In this document: piece by piece, positions 49,345 through 64,000 of the stretch
Numbering within the stretch: position 1 is the first letter of the stretch
Layout: each line of letters starts with the position of its first letter
Source: Octopus sinensis
Taxonomy: Eukaryota
DNA length: 64,000 nt
Assembly (NCBI RefSeq): GCF_006345805.1
Contig: NW_021832844.1
Coordinates: 124,001 to 188,000, forward strand
Reading direction: 5' to 3'
Notes under the pieces: model-generated
Databases searched by the model: none
The model's input: the letters and a program-made list of their open reading frames with translations, nothing else
Told to the model about the DNA's origin: nothing
Position numbers and translations under genes: made by a program

Positions 49345-51910
49345 TTTATTAAAAGAAACAAAATTTAACTTAAGCTAGACTATTTAATTTAGATTCTCAG
49401 TCCCGATTATTGGAATCTCTCTCCTCCTTTTAGGAGAAGAGCTTGCAACCAGTTCCTCCTCACTCTCCATCTCCTAGTCAGATAGATTTTCTATTTGTCT
49501 CATATCTTTCACCGGCGTGTCACGGCAGCATGCCACTTCTGCAAGCTGGTAAGCAGCAGAGGCGTATTCTTCGGCAGATACTCTCACTCCATGTCTGTGT
49601 TCAACTACCATGCTTTCTAGAGTCCTTTTTAAAACAACAGATTGAATATAAGTTCTTGTGGCTTTTTCGATCGATAATTTGTCCATATAGTTTTTGAAAT
49701 ATCTCGAAACAACACCGTCCCAGGTCAAGACAACCGGGATAATCTTTACCTTTGCATCATAAAGTATCGAAAGTTCGTTTGCGAGCAGATCATATTTATG
49801 AAATTTCTCGATTTCGACTTGTTTGAGGCGATCTTGTGACGTGATGCCAACTTCAATTAAGGTTATCTCTTGTTTGGTTTTGTCATACACGAAGATATCT
49901 GGTTTGTTGGATTGAACTTTAGTTTCCGTCATGATTGACATATCGACTCTGATTTCAACATTCTGCGTCGATATCATGGACTGAACAGAATGAGTCTTTA
50001 ATTTGCTTCCTCTCTTAATACCGTAGGTTCGACACAAATGAAGGTGAATGCACTTCACAACTTCATTGTGTCTCCGCAGATAATCACTGTTTAACATCTT
50101 CCCACACTGCGTAGCCAAATGATCAATTGTTTTCTTGCATTTTTTGCAGTGACTGCATAAAGATCCCATGGATGTGAAGAACAAAATCCTATCCTGCAAG
50201 AGACAGTACAATGCTTCACTCCGTGGACCATTATTTCCTTTAGATAACCACTCTGAGGATGGCTAGATCAACATTTTGTTCGTCCATGCATTTGAATAGA
50301 ACCGAATGTAGCATTTTACAATTGATGTTCTTAAGCAAATATTTTCTTTGAGCATCTTTGATAAACTCAACACCCAAATTCTCCATGTCGAGAATTGCAC
50401 ACTTGGAGGCGAGAAATCCTGCAATTGTGGCCATATGCCATTTATTTGTTTGTATCACACGCAGGATTCCCGATCTCCGTAAGCATACTGTCGACTGTCT
50501 TTCTAAACTTTTCATGAACTGGAAAAGTATCAGTTCACTTCTGAAAGAGACTGAAGCAAGTCCTCTCCCAAGAGATTTCCGATTTAAATATAACCTCTCT
50601 TTATTTGCAGGTTTGAGATGGAGTCTGAGAGTCGTAAGAAGTTGTCGTATTTGACGGTCAATACAATCAAATTCATGAGGTTCAATATTAATGAGTCCGA
50701 TGTAATATTATATAGAGAAATGGCATGTTCATTTATAGCGTGGAATAAATTTACCGCATTTAATTTCGTCTTTGAAAGCATGGTTATCCTTTCCTTTACA
50801 TTTCCAAGGATAGAATCCATTACTTTACTCTTAAGAACATTACTTCCTGCATCTTCAAGTACACCCAAGTAGCGATATCCTTTGACTCCTTCCAAAATCT
50901 CACAACAAGATAAAGATTTGACATTTGATGCTGACTTTTCTGAATTCATCTCCAAGCCAACAGTTTTAAAGAATCCATCAACAGCTTCCATCATTTTAAT
51001 TACTACATCTTCTTTAAGAGCGAATATCTTTAGGTCGTCAATGAAGAACAAATGATTAGTAGAATAGGTCAACATATTTGGGTCCTGTTGATTAATCTGA
51101 ACCTTTGGAAACATGGCATTAAGAATCCTGCTTAGTGGGTCCATCACCATAACAAACAGTTGCGGAGATAACGAGTCTCCTTGTAAAATCCCTCGGCTCA
51201 ACTTTACAGAACCAATTCTCCTTCCGTCAACATGGAGCTTTACAGTCCACATTCGTACAGTCCTTTTCACAAAGTTAACAATCCATAAAGGTATCCCAGA
51301 GCACTCCAACACATGAAATAGAAAGTCGTGGTCAACAGAATCGAAAGCCTTCTTGACATCAATCCATGCAGAGTATAGCCCATTTCCATACTCTTTATTT
51401 AGGAATTGGTTAATAAGGGCCTGTTCTTTAGCACCCTGACACTGTCTCCTCGTACCAAGTTGATTGTCGGAAATTAAGCCAAATACATCCATGAACTCAG
51501 ACAGTTTTCCATTAACACACTTGGTAACTAACTTATAAAGTGTCGACATGCATGTTATAGGCCGTAAATCTTTCGGGGTCTCACAATCGTTCTTTTTAGG
51601 AATTAGATATGTAATTCCAGTATAAAACCAGTTTTCTGGCATGTAATCACCGTTGATTATTTTCTTGATTTCAACACATAAAAATTCATGCAGAGATTCT
51701 AGTCTTTTAATGAAGAAATTATATATTCCGTCACATCCCGGTGCCTTCCAGTCAGGAAGATATTTAATGATCTCCATTATGTAATTATTTGTTAAATCTG
51801 GCAACATGTCTTCACTGCCGGTTATTCTTTTATTAACATTGCCCAGTGGCACGGATATTTCGCGCCTTTTGCTCCATAAGTATGTGGAAATATATAATCT
51901 AACTCTGAGT
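49345..51910 (-). mobile_element. R4/Dong-like element (duplicate of 17250-19815)
   Basis: ORFs 50584..51936, 50240..50515 and 49474..50211. Confidence 0.85.
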
Positions 51911-51944
51911 GTCTCATAAGAGGCTGTCAAGTGCAATGAGCATA

Positions 51945-53663
51945 GTTGTGTGACAGGTCACATGAGTACAAATTATTTTCTTCATGGGTAGACGTAAAAA
52001 AAGCCTTTGGCTCAATCAATCACGAATTCCTTGCAATGATTCTGAAAAACTCCGGGCTTCCTGAATGGATAACAAAGTTTTTAATGTCAATAATTCCAAA
52101 TTGGAAGGTCTCCCTCAAATTAGGAAAGCAGCATCTAGGAATTGTTGACATAGAACGTGGAATACTCCAAGGAGATTCCCTGTCTCCTCAGTTGTTTATT
52201 TTGACTTTGGATCCGTTGAGCAGATTGTTATCAGCTAAATTTATCAGTCAATACCGATCAAGAAAATTCAGTGTTTTTTTCTGCGAACCATTTTTTGTTC
52301 ATTGATGATTTGAAATTGCTCGCCAAAGATGAGGTCACACTCGGGTGTATGATGAAAGACGTGGATTTATTTTTTAAAGCTTCGGGTTTGGAAAAGAATT
52401 GTGAGAAGTCGGCAACAAATAGTTGTTTATTAAGAAATGATGCCAAGCTGCTGGATGGACTGGATAGTTACCGTTATTTGGGTGTATTGGAAAATAAGTT
52501 TAGTCAGGTTGTTAAAGAAGAAGTTTTGAAAAATTTACGGATTGAGGTTCAACAACGTATCGAAAGATTGTCGAAGACGAAACTAAATTCGGTGAATTTG
52601 TTTAAGGCAATTAATGAACATGCTTTATCTTTGTACAATTATTATATCGGCCTTCTGGATTTGGAACCGTCCGCTTTTGATAAAATTGATAAATTTGTCA
52701 GTATCTACCGCCAGTACTTCGAACAATAAATTTAAGATCAATTAATAAGTAAATTATCTCAAAAAAATAGAATTCTAGTGTGAATTTCTATTTTTTATGT
52801 GATGATTTAGCTTGGTGGATCTAAATATTCATATGAAACCAGCCTGTAAGAGAGGCTATATTTGCCGAGGATAAACTTGGAAGAGGGCTTGCCTCAATTA
52901 CCTTCAGGTCGGAAAAAATGCTGTTCAACTTTCGTGAAAATCTGGAGAGGCGAAAGTTAATCTCCCCAAGAAAGGCAGCAATTCTGTGGGCCGAGCAGAA
53001 AAGAAAGTCCCATATGGCCACGATCACAGAATTCCTGCATTGTAAATATAGAACGAACACCCAAGGAGAGATAACCAAATCACTGAGTAGATTGCAGATT
53101 GATTCCTTACTGTCCAATATCAAGAAGAAAACACTTCACTCGAAGCTATCTGAATCCCTTGATGATAACAATTTTGATATTCAATCGTCTTCAACATGGC
53201 TTAAGAAAGGGAATATATCTCCTAAATCTGAAGCTATGTTTTCATTTCTTCAAGACAGGAATATTTTTTCAGAGACCCTAATTCAAAATGTCCACACTGT
53301 AAATCTCCCAATAAAACGGTTGATCACATGGCAACTAGATGCAACAGGATGCTTAATTCGGATTATACGAGGAGACACAATGAAATTGTGAGATGCATCC
53401 ACATGCACTTGTGCCGTAGATTTGGATTCAACAAATCCAGAAGACTGAAAAATCACTCTGTCCAGAGTATTATGTGCAACACCTTGGCAGAAATACGAGT
53501 TGATACAACAATTACAACAGAGTTGAAAATTCAATATAACAAACCTGACATTTTCCTCTACGACAAAAGAGAGAACCTAATATGGCTTATTGAAGTGGGT
53601 GTGACTTCAATAGATAACCTAAAGAGTGTGGAAGTAGAAAAACTGCACAAATACGACATTTAA
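51945..53663 (+). mobile_element. R4/Dong-like 3' half (duplicate of 19830-21555)
   Basis: Same motifs and same internal insertion. Confidence 0.85.
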
Positions 53664-53976
53664 CATTACATTTGGAATAATAGTTCTAACAAGATAAACC
53701 ACAATAAATTTAAGATCAATTAATAAGTAAATTATCTCCAAAAATAGAATTCTAGTGTGAATTTCTATTTTTTTATGTGATGATTTAGCTTGGTGTACTA
53801 ATTAAAAATTGTAAAAAAATTTGTCATTAATACTTATGAATTAGCTCTTTTAGATTTATAAATGAATAGTCACAAAATTAAATTATTTAATTATAAAGTA
53901 TTATATTTTTACAGTTTAAAGATTTAGTATCAGCAAAATGTTTAAATAAATTAATCTAATTTAAGAAATCGTGTTA

Positions 53977-56867
53977 ATGGAGGAATCACTGCCAATATTA
54001 AGTGCACCCCAAACAGTTCCAAAAATATTTCAAATAGCTAGAGTTCGCCAAAAAAGCCTCGGGACACTGGGAGGGGTCTATGGTCCAGTAACCCTCGGAA
54101 TGCTGGGCAGTGTCATTTTCTTGAGAATCGGTGTGATTGACCTTCATCAATAAAATAGGATACATTGTGGGAAATAGCGGAATCGGGAATTCTTTACTGA
54201 TTATTGGAATTTCATTTTCTATTGTTCTTTGTACAGTTCTTTCAATATGTGCAATCTCCACCAATGGAGACATTAGCGGAGGGGGAACTTATTGTAAAAA
54301 ATTTGTCACTAATACTTAGACATGGTCAGTCGAACTCTGGGACCAGAACTCGGCGGAGTCGTTGGAGTGATGTTGTTCCTGGCCCAAGTAGTAGCTGCGA
54401 GTTTATATATTCTGTCCTCAGTAGAAGTCATATTACAGAATTATTCTAAATATCTAATTCATGGTTGTTTTTAGAATTTTTTATATTCTAGGAAATGTAT
54501 TTGGTCATTGGGACATTTACAAGTATGCATCAGTCATTGCTGCTTTCTGTCTGCTTGTCTCTTTGGTCGGAGGAAAGATGTTTAGTCGATTTACTAACTT
54601 TATTGTTATGGTATGCTCTTGTAACTCACTCAAGATTGTTATTTTGTGTATTTCCAGCGTAGTGGTATCATTTGCGTTCCAAAAATCTAAAGCCGTGGCA
54701 ATTCCACGAAATAATATTATTGTATATCGTCTAAAAAACATAACAACTATATACGCAAATTACACTAGAATGTCTTTGAATACCTGTAAAGAAAATTTTT
54801 ATTGTTGTATATTACGTAATAATCTCAGCAAGATATTCTCTTGATTACACATCTCTAAAAAGGACGAACTTTGGAGTCATATTTGCCATTTTCTTCACTG
54901 GGATGACCGGAATCACCAATGGGGTCAATCTTTCTGGTATTAAGTTTTCTAACTGCAGGTGAGTTGTCTACCCCGTCTTACAGCATTCCTGTTGGCACAC
55001 TTTTTTCCTTCTTATCTGTTTCAGTTTTATATATTTTACTTGTGATACTGACTGGCTGCACGTGTGATAAGTCTATTCCAATATATCACTAATTGTAGTT
55101 TTTTACTCCAAAACAACTATGATTATATGAAAGATGTCAACTTACTGCCCTGGTCCATTGTTTTGGGACAATTTGCCACGTGTCTGTCCGCCTCTTTGGC
55201 CTCTCTATTTGGTGCCTCGCGAATATTAAAAGCAATAGCTGATGATGACATTTTTTGTATTTGTTTTCTATATCTTTAGGGAATGGACTTGTTTTTATAA
55301 AACGTTTAGTCTTGTTTGGAAATCCCGTGGGGAGTGTATGTTTCTCATACGTCCTCGTACAGTTATTCATGCTTGTTGGTTCTCTCAATGCTATGGCTCC
55401 TCTTTCGACGACGGTATTTCTAATTTGCTACTCCTCACTTAACCTTTCTTGTTTTGTCCTCCTTGTTGCAAAGGCACCAAACTTTAGGTTTTTGGGTCAT
55501 TTAATACTCAGACCAACTTTCAAATATTTTCATTGGTCCACGTGCCTCTCTGGGTTGATATCTTCGTTGCTAATGATGTTTGTGGTTAACCCCATATATG
55601 GGGGAGTATGCATAGTTGTGTTTGTCGTACTTGTGATTTTGATGCATTTACGTACATATGATATTCAATGGGGAAATATCGGACAGGCCATAATATTTTT
55701 TATAGTAAATGTTTATATATATATTTTGGTTCGTAAATATCTACTGATGCTCGACAGTCAAAAAGATCACGTCAAATTCTGGCGTCCTCAAATAATTTTG
55801 TTTGTATCAGCATCGGGGAAATCAGATAGTGCAATTATATTCACAAATCTACTCAAAAAGAGCGGATTATTTATAATTGGACACGTCTTTGTCGGAGACT
55901 ATGACAGCCTGATGTATTTTCCCTTGAATGTATCCACCATTTCCACCTTTTAGGAACTGAATTCATGGAGTAGATACATAAGGCAACTCTCTGTAAAAGC
56001 ATTCCCAAATCTAACTGTGGCTCGGTCTCTGTCTGAAGGTGTTTTGTAAATTTAATTTCTAAAGGGATATTCAACATGACTTTTTTGTCGGGACTCGGAG
56101 GAATGAAACCAAATATCGTGGCATTTGGCTTTTATACTCCTTACTCTCACAGATCACACGAGACAACTTCGCATTTTGAAAATGAATGTTACCCACAAAC
56201 AAGTTCTTGGTACAGTCTGGAGGAATATTTTCAAATAATTGGGAAACTTATAAATTTGGGAGTTTTTCTCAATCTTATATATTTTAGAAAAGTATTTGCA
56301 TTTTACGAAATTTTGAAGATTTCAAATTGCCCATAGAGAAACATTCATGTAAAATAAATGTATGGTTATTCGACTTTTTCGGGGAAGGGGTCCCTTCTTT
56401 GGATGATATTCGAGTAAATTTCTTACTGCAAATGGGCTGCATTCTCAATATGACCAGGCCTATCCGTCCACGTTCCGAGCTGACGATATTCATTCCATGT
56501 CTAGAAAAAACAGATCCTAAAAATGAAGAGGATGAGCTAAAGGCATTGTTTAATAGTCTTCGAATTAGAGGAACTATTTGGTTCTCTATTTTATAATTTA
56601 TTTATCAGTTGGGTTTGTGGGGACACATATTTTTCAGCACGCAATGCGCTCTATTTTCCGACGGATGCGTCCGACGTAATAAGAGTCGCACAACTAATTG
56701 AGGACCATCAGAAATCAGCCATAACCAATCTAATTCAACTGCCAAATCTTCCCTCGGATGAGAAATGTTATCTTCAGTATTACAATGTATTGAACGAAAT
56801 GACGAGAAATTGCAAAAATGTAGTTTTTTTACATGGAAGTTCATTCGTTACTACAACTCAATTTTAA
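53977..56867 (+). CDS. SLC12A9: SLC12A9, second copy (exon 1 in frame)
   Basis: Same exon/intron structure as 21869-24762; exon 1 reads MEESLP...VRQKSLGTLGGVYGP without a frameshift. Confidence 0.88.
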
Positions 56868-56919
56868 AATTATTTTGATAATAATTGTGTCATTATTTAA
56901 CTAATAAATAACTGAAAAG

Positions 56920-57675
56920 AGTAATTTTCGGGTTTGCTCAGTCGACCATTTGGCAACTCGATGCAATATAATTCCGATTATACAAGGCGACATAACGAAA
57001 TTGTTAAATGAATACACATGCACCTATGCAGAAAATTTGGATTCAAAAAATCAAAAAGGTTAAAGACTCACTCTACCCAAAGCGTAATTACCAATGATCG
57101 TGCTGAATTACGAGTTGACACTACTATCCCTACCGAATCAAAAATTCAATATAACAAGCCGGACATTTTTCTATAGGACAAAAAATTAAACCACATATGA
57201 CTAATAGAGATTGGAGTGACGTGTGTGGATAATTTAAAGCAGTTAAAGTTGAAAAACTTCATAAATATGATATCTTGGCAAGTGAATTAGAAATCATTTA
57301 CAAAGCCAAAGTCAAAATACCTCCGATTGTCATTACCTGGGATGTAATCACCTCCAAATATTTTAAAATATACATGGATTTGATTCGCATTAAAGACAGT
57401 GATCTGGCGTATATCCAAACGATTGCATTAAAGAAGACGTTGGAAGGAATGTTCGTAGAATATAAACATGGTTTCGAAGACATAATGACTAAAGCATTGA
57501 TTCTCTACAAAGATTATGCAGTGTGGAACACTCACCAAAGGGGAGCTAACTCGATGAAGAGGAGACATGATGAGGTGACAGAAAACGAATACAAAATAAT
57601 AGCAAGAGGATCACGAAAGGTTATGGCGCTGTTCAGGGAGGCCCAAGACCAGTAAATTGAAAATTTTAATTAATC
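56920..57675 (+). mobile_element. R4/Dong-like 3' fragment (duplicate)
   Basis: Duplicate of 24815-25570. Confidence 0.8.
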
Positions 57676-58668
57676 TAACTTTTAATTCACGCTTTATTTT
57701 TTAAGTCTGGTTTGATCAAATATCCAGGTTTGCTAATTATTAAAAAAACAGACAAATATCAAAATGCATGATTCCCTTCAGGAGTCCGTCTGGTCGTTCC
57801 CAATGCCTTTGAGACCAGCGGTTTCATTAATAAGTCTGCACGTGACCTTCTAACAGAGATAAAGGCACAAATCTCCTCCAAAACGTTTGACCACTAAAAG
57901 ATGAGTTGACTATTCCAAATGATCTTGTTTGCCATCCTCCAAGGAAATTGTTTGTCAATCCTTTCGCCGGCGTGTCTGAATTAGTTCTAATTGTTTGTTT
58001 TTCAATTCACTTGTTCGCTTAAAAAAAATATTGAGAAAATTATTAAAGTGGCAAAATTTTTATAGGATAAAATGAATTGATTTTGATATTATACACGAAA
58101 CGCGACAATAAAACGTCAAGTTTTTATCCCCCTTGTGCCGCGCCCTGGACGATTTTCTTTGTTGTTTCACGCTCTTTTTGAAACTGAAATTTTTCAAAAA
58201 TCTAGTCGTATTTTAGCATCAGTATTTTCTAGTCGTATTTCAACATTTCCAGACCGTTTTGCATAAATAACGGCAGAGTTGTGCATGATCTGTTCAAAAA
58301 CAACCAGTGCTTAAAAAGTACAACTCCATTAACTGGTTTGTAGGAGCGGCAAGATCCATTCTCAGGATATGTCTATCTAGTCCCGATCGAGCATTTCTTA
58401 TAGTGATTTCCAAGCATTCAAACTTACATTTAGCGTTTAGGCTCTTGCTGCTGCTTATTTTTAGATAACGTATCTCCAGTATGCATTTTAGTTGTGGTCT
58501 GTGAAAGGCGTCTATTTTTGAAGTAGTTTTCTAATATTATAAAAATTAATCTTAAAACAAATTTTTAATTTAAATAGTTATTATAAATTTTAAATGAAAT
58601 TAAAGCTGTAATATAATTTGTTTAGCCAAAACTATATAGAATATTAAACTCAAAAGTTAGTTGGTGAT

Positions 58669-61505
58669 ATGGAGAACATAAACACAGTGGTTGTTAACAC
58701 TGGATCAATAAATGATCTGGCAACTAGTCCCATCTCTGATACTACAATAGTAGAATCCCATTCCTCACAAAATGTTCAAAATCTCACGGAAGAGTACATA
58801 AAAGAAAACAAAGAACTCGACCGAGCTGTTATTTATATCAAAAAAGTAAAGGTACATTATATCAGCTTCAACTCACTGCAGGATCACTTAAAGAACGATC
58901 CGGAAATCTATTCCGAGTTCCTAAAGGCCATGTCTAAATACCAAAACGATATCACTGCAAGTACCCCAGAAACTAAAGGATGGCTGTTCAAACCAGAAGA
59001 CGATTTTTTGAATACTGTGAATGACCTTCTCAAGGGAAATGATTCCCTCATTGACGAATTTTTTGAGTTTTTACCCACAAATCGGCGGTCTCTGTTTGCA
59101 AACGAATTCGTGCGATGTCATGATTTGGGAGAATCAATGAGAAATATTTTATTGCCTTTTACTCTTCATTCCAAGGCAATGGCGCACGAGGAAAGGGACA
59201 AGACATTGCAGAGACTGTGGCAAGACAATTCTCCTATCAAAACCAAAAAGCCTTTAAAGACTCAAAAAATCATCCAAATTGACAAATCTCCTCAGTTTTC
59301 AATACCCAGAATAGAATGTACGTCAGAGTCGTGTTTTTTCAACATTGTTCGACACGTTCTTAATAATGATGCTGTCTTTGAAAATTTCCTACGAACCATT
59401 GTACTATACATGGACGGACTGAGTGATTATAATGGAGTGATTTCACAAATTACGAAATTTCTCGGACCATACCCGTCTCTTTTGAGCACATTCAAGTCTT
59501 TGTGTTGGGACTGGGAGGGCAGTAACGGCGAAAGGACTAGAAAGGATGTCATTTGTGATTCCTCCAAACTTGAAGATTTTCCTCCTGATGGGGACTGTCC
59601 AAGTTACAAGCGGAAGTACAATGGAGATGTCCAGAATAGTGGGGTATTTTCTGAAGTGAGAGTTATCGTGATTATCCAAAGGTTCTCAATTCTACATTCG
59701 TATGTGTATCGGCTGGTGACGAAGACGGTCGGCGGAATACTAATTCCAAAAAGAACTACTACGAGGAACAGCTGGCTAAGTATGTCTTTTAGTTTAGTTT
59801 ATTCTACTTTGAATATTAAGCATCTTTTTAGAGTCGAAGAAGAGCGATTTGAGCTTGACTATCAAATAACAAATTTGTTTGAAGGAATTCATTGTCTTCG
59901 GGTGATAATGGAAAAAATTTTGGCAACGGAAGACCCTGAAAAAGTCTCGCTTCCACCATCACTCGAATTAGAGTCCCCAATGTTAATATACGCTCTCCTT
60001 TACAGGTTATTTATTAGTTCTATAATTACAGAACATATCGAGACGCCTCTTTAGCAGTCATGGAAAGTATGGCCAAAATGCCATATAAAGTCATTCCCGT
60101 CGTTATTGCACGGTATTGGTCTTTTTATTGACTTGTAGTTTAACTGCCACTCAGGCTGATTTGATTAAGAAGAAGGAGGACATGACAGACGACTGGAGGA
60201 ATACACAGAAAAAGGCCCATCTGAGAGCGTTGGATTCTCAGAGTGCACAATTCAAGCAAAACGATGTAAAGAATTTTTCAACTGACTATTTGATGGGTGA
60301 AATGAAGTCTCGACTGGTTTTTATTTGAGGACCATTTTGTAGAAAGACAAGCACCCTGGGAGTCACTCTCATTTCAAAATGGACTACAGCGATCAGGATG
60401 TCATGTCAGACTCAGCAGATTTGATAATTTATTATATTAAACATAAAAATGAGCCAGACTGTTCAGACGACTATGTTGATAATGCAATGTACATACTCTA
60501 CAAATTTATTCCCAATTTGTTTTGTATTGGTCGAGATAAAAGTTAGTCTTGTCTATATTTTTTAGCTCAAAATGGCCAAGTTCAAAAAAGTGATTTATTT
60601 CATTGTGGGAAACATTGGTATTATTTCTTTCGTATATACGAACTGTTGTGCAGTCGTCTTTCACAACTACAAAGGGCAGCATGCTTAATTCCTTCATACG
60701 ACACAGGTAATGAGAGCTTGAATTACTCTCAGAGTGTACTAAACCGGAAATTTGTTATATTCGATGCATAGGCTTGATCCAGCAATTCATAACGAAAGTG
60801 ATTGACTCAAACAAGTTTGAGGACGGAATTAGGGGGATTCTGGGAGTCAAGTCATTTCACATATTCACAGTTGACAAACTGATTGCTGCAATTGCCAAAC
60901 ATGTATTTATGTTCTGTTGATAATAGCTTAAACGAATGATTGCCGGAGAGTCAACTGGCACCTCGTTCGTGAAAATATATTTTGACAGGTCCTACGATAC
61001 TGAACTCGCGCCAGAACTATCTGCTGTTCCACTTTTGTTTAAATGTTCATTTGTAAGTTGTTGGCTTTTTTAGTTTTTAGACGAGAAATCCTCTTGTTCT
61101 TGAGATTTCATATCTTCGTCGTCTCAAAATATCTCCGATAACAAAGAACAGTTTCTTCAATCAATTGAAGCCTAATTTAACTCCATATCTTGGAAGGTTT
61201 TTGTTCATCTTGTTAAGTTTAGGAACTTGCGCAAGTCACTGAATGTAATTAAAAGTCGGTTTGGATACAGTTCTGAGAAATATGTTCAGAACGGTGATTT
61301 TATATAAATTATACATAGAGATATTATTTGACGGGAAGTGTCAGGGTGATGATCACATGTGTTTTAGAATGAAGAATCGTAATTTGATCAAGAAAAATGT
61401 AAGTTATCTTAATTTTTTTAGTTTCTTCAGTCGAGACAGGGAATTAGTGCAGGAAAGTCAGAAATATTTGATTGGCTTCATATTGTTTACTGTATGAATA
61501 AATAA
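58669..61505 (+). CDS. SIN3: SIN3, second copy
   Basis: ORF translations are identical to 26564-29400. Confidence 0.86.
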
Positions 61506-61607
61506 GTTTAAAAAACTGCGTTCATTTGTTTTGAGAGGATAGTGAATTAGCTATCTGGTATCTAGCCAAAACGTGGTAATCATGTGCGTGTTGATTTTTG
61601 AATTATA

Positions 61608-62788
61608 CAGTAAACATCGGTTAATTGCATAACATTTGTCCACGGAAAATCTTATGCAATTAACCGATATATGCAATTAACCGATGTTTTAATAAAAATC
61701 AATAATTTTTTTAATAGTCAAGAAAAGAAAATAATCAAAAACGTTTAAAAAAATCATTAATTTTGGACTGTCTAGTCTTCTGGCAAAGGCGTAGGACACT
61801 TTTTTCTAGTTCATAGAAGTTTTCCATATCCATTTCACTTGTTAAATCGCTGTTAGTAAGAAACTGGCGTATTAATCTGCATGCACCCATAGCCTCCGAA
61901 CTGGTTGTTTTCACGGGTATGGGATCTTCATCGTCCTCATCATCTTCACAAGAAATATCTCTTGACATTAAACATATTTCTTCATCGTACATGATTCCGA
62001 TACATTCTTCATCCTCATTAGCAACATCCATCGTTATTTCGTTACATTCAATGTCACTAAACATATTTTCCCCCACTTCCTCATGGAATCCAGCCTTACG
62101 GAAACAGTTGTAAATTGTTGCTATTTTGACTTCCCTCCAAACCATTTTGAGCATGTGTAGCGCATCCAAAAGAGTGATAGAATTCACAACGGATTTGAGA
62201 CAGGCATCGTCTGAATCAATTACGGCAATCACTCTTTGTAAAAATGCCAATCTGTAGTTGTGCTTTAGACTTTTTATGATCCCCATATCACATGGCTGAA
62301 TGCATGCGGATGTGTTTGGTGGAATAAAATACAATTTAACATTTCTTCCCATCGCGTCGTCTTTTTCGACTCAAATTGATGCAATTAGATTCAGCCAATA
62401 GCATAATTTCTTCTCTATTCTTCAAAATCCGTGAGACTTGAGACTGAGAACAGTTAAATCTTGCAGATAGAGCTGATTGAGTTTGACCTCCTTGAATAAA
62501 CAAATTGATTATTTCCAATTTTTGAGAAAATGTAAGATCACGACGTAACGAAGATGACATGTGTAATAATAATTAAATTTTAAAATTACAAATTATAATT
62601 ATGCAATTATGCGAAAATTTTTATAAGAAAAAATAGTAAATGTTCCCAATGAGAGTATGCAATTAACCGATATGCAATTAGCCGATATTTTTTCAATGGA
62701 AACCATATAAGTTATGGTTTTAAACATGAATTTATGCCATTAACCGATTTATGCAATTAACCGATATGCAATTAACCGATGTTTACTG
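61608..62788 (-). mobile_element. pogo/Tigger deletion derivative (duplicate)
   Basis: Same TIRs, TA TSD and ORFs as 29503-30683. Confidence 0.9.
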
Positions 62789-62804
62789 TACTTTCCTCTC
62801 CCCA

Positions 62805-63425
62805 TGATTCTGAATTTGAACGGCACTTGTGATGATTCTTTTGTATTAACTTGGTCTTTATAAGAGAAAATAACTGCGGAATGAAATGATAAATTTATCT
62901 CCTGCCTGAAGTAAAATAGGCCTAAAGAATCTTATATTAGCATACGAGAAAGACTTAACAAATTAAATATACCGTTCTACCTGACCTTGTATCCAAGGGA
63001 CACGTGGTCTTCCACAAATGTGCTTAGGGCCAAACTTTGCACACATTTCCTCCATCATATTGTTTTTAAACTCCTTTCCATTATCTTTTTGCAACATTAA
63101 TGGAGCTCAAATGATCATAAAAATGTTTACAATACTAGGTACTATTTCTGTGGCGCATTTGGTTCTAACAGGTTCTACAACCCCATATTTTGAAAAAGAG
63201 TCAATCAAAACGAGAATCTGGATAAATCGTAATAAATACCCATTTAAAGCTGCTATTTATTTCTGAATATCTTCTTAAATCGATCAAATCAGCAATGTAT
63301 CTATCTCTTGGGCCTTTTGCAATAATAGGAGTGATAACCGACCTAGTAGCTAGCAATTTTTTAAACTGAAATCGAATAAGTTAACTAAATACCTGACAAT
63401 AAGCACATTTTTTTAATTATTTTGC
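62805..63425 (-). mobile_element. Integrase-core remnant (duplicate)
   Basis: Duplicate of 30700-31320. Confidence 0.65.
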
Positions 63426-63450
63426 TAGTCTATTACCGAGTTGCATCATA

Positions 63451-64000
63451 CACCCCTCGACATTAAAATCCGGACAAATAATAAATCGTCATTTTTATTA
63501 TCAATTTTATTAAATTAAAAACTTAAGCATGCTAATATCATCTATATTTTTTAATTTTAAAATATTTATCCATAAATCTTTTGAAAATATTGAGAATAAA
63601 GCAAGAACCGATTTTTTAAGACAACAAATTCCGGACAAATGTCAAAAAATAAAATATTAGTAAGGAATATGCTTTCCTCTCGATTTATATAACTCTAAAC
63701 TACGAGTTTTCATCGAAGTTATTAATTTTTGAATAAAATCAATTGGAATTTTATTCCTAATTTCTAATATTTTATCCTTTTGTTGATGTTTCTTTTTTGG
63801 TCGATTTTCTGTATCATCCCTCGATAATTCGTATTTAATTTTTGACCAAATATGTTCAATGAGATTCATATCGGGGGATTGTGCCGGCCAATCGAGTAAA
63901 TTAATTTTGTTTGCAGAAAAATACTCCTTTGTTGTTTGCGAAGTATGACATGGGGCATTGTCTTGCTAAAATATAAAGCTGTTTTATCCCATTTTAATGG
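63451..64000 (-). mobile_element. Tc1 3' end (duplicate)
   Basis: Duplicate of 31346 onward; ORF 63657..63869. Confidence 0.83.

Larger units (their letters stand above)
49047..64000 (+). repeat. Near-identical direct duplicate of ~16950-31890 (offset ~32.1 kb)
   Basis: The same ORFs recur with an offset of 32095-32108 (e.g. 26564 to 58669, 29630 to 61735); differences are mostly small indels near the junction. Confidence 0.97.

Overview
AT-rich eukaryotic (metazoan) genomic DNA, not prokaryotic. Host genes are split by very short GT-AG introns (mostly 22-30 nt), so the ORF track fragments or misses them. Manual splicing gives seven host genes: a nuclear receptor, MED27, a TREX-family exonuclease, an orphan gene, SLC12A9, SIN3 and ENSA/ARPP19. 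Animal-type genes with ~25-nt introns suggest a highly reduced animal parasite such as a dicyemid; this is inference. Intergenic DNA is packed with nested transposable elements: CRE-clade and R4/Dong-like RLE retrotransposons, RTE-like and other APE LINEs, pogo/Tigger, Tc1 and Ginger-type DNA transposons. A 74-bp satellite array (~42.2-49.0 kb) has an orientation switch and two DNA-transposon insertions. From ~49,047 to the window end the sequence is a near-identical copy of ~16,950-31,890, either a recent segmental duplication or an assembly artefact. No CRISPR, rRNA or tRNA was seen. The best leads are a GT-TG or exonised micro-intron in SLC12A9, templated patchwork insertions (one is a copy of an intron), an atypical nuclear-receptor P-box, a SIN3 lacking PAH1, and possibly horizontally exchanged retroelements.
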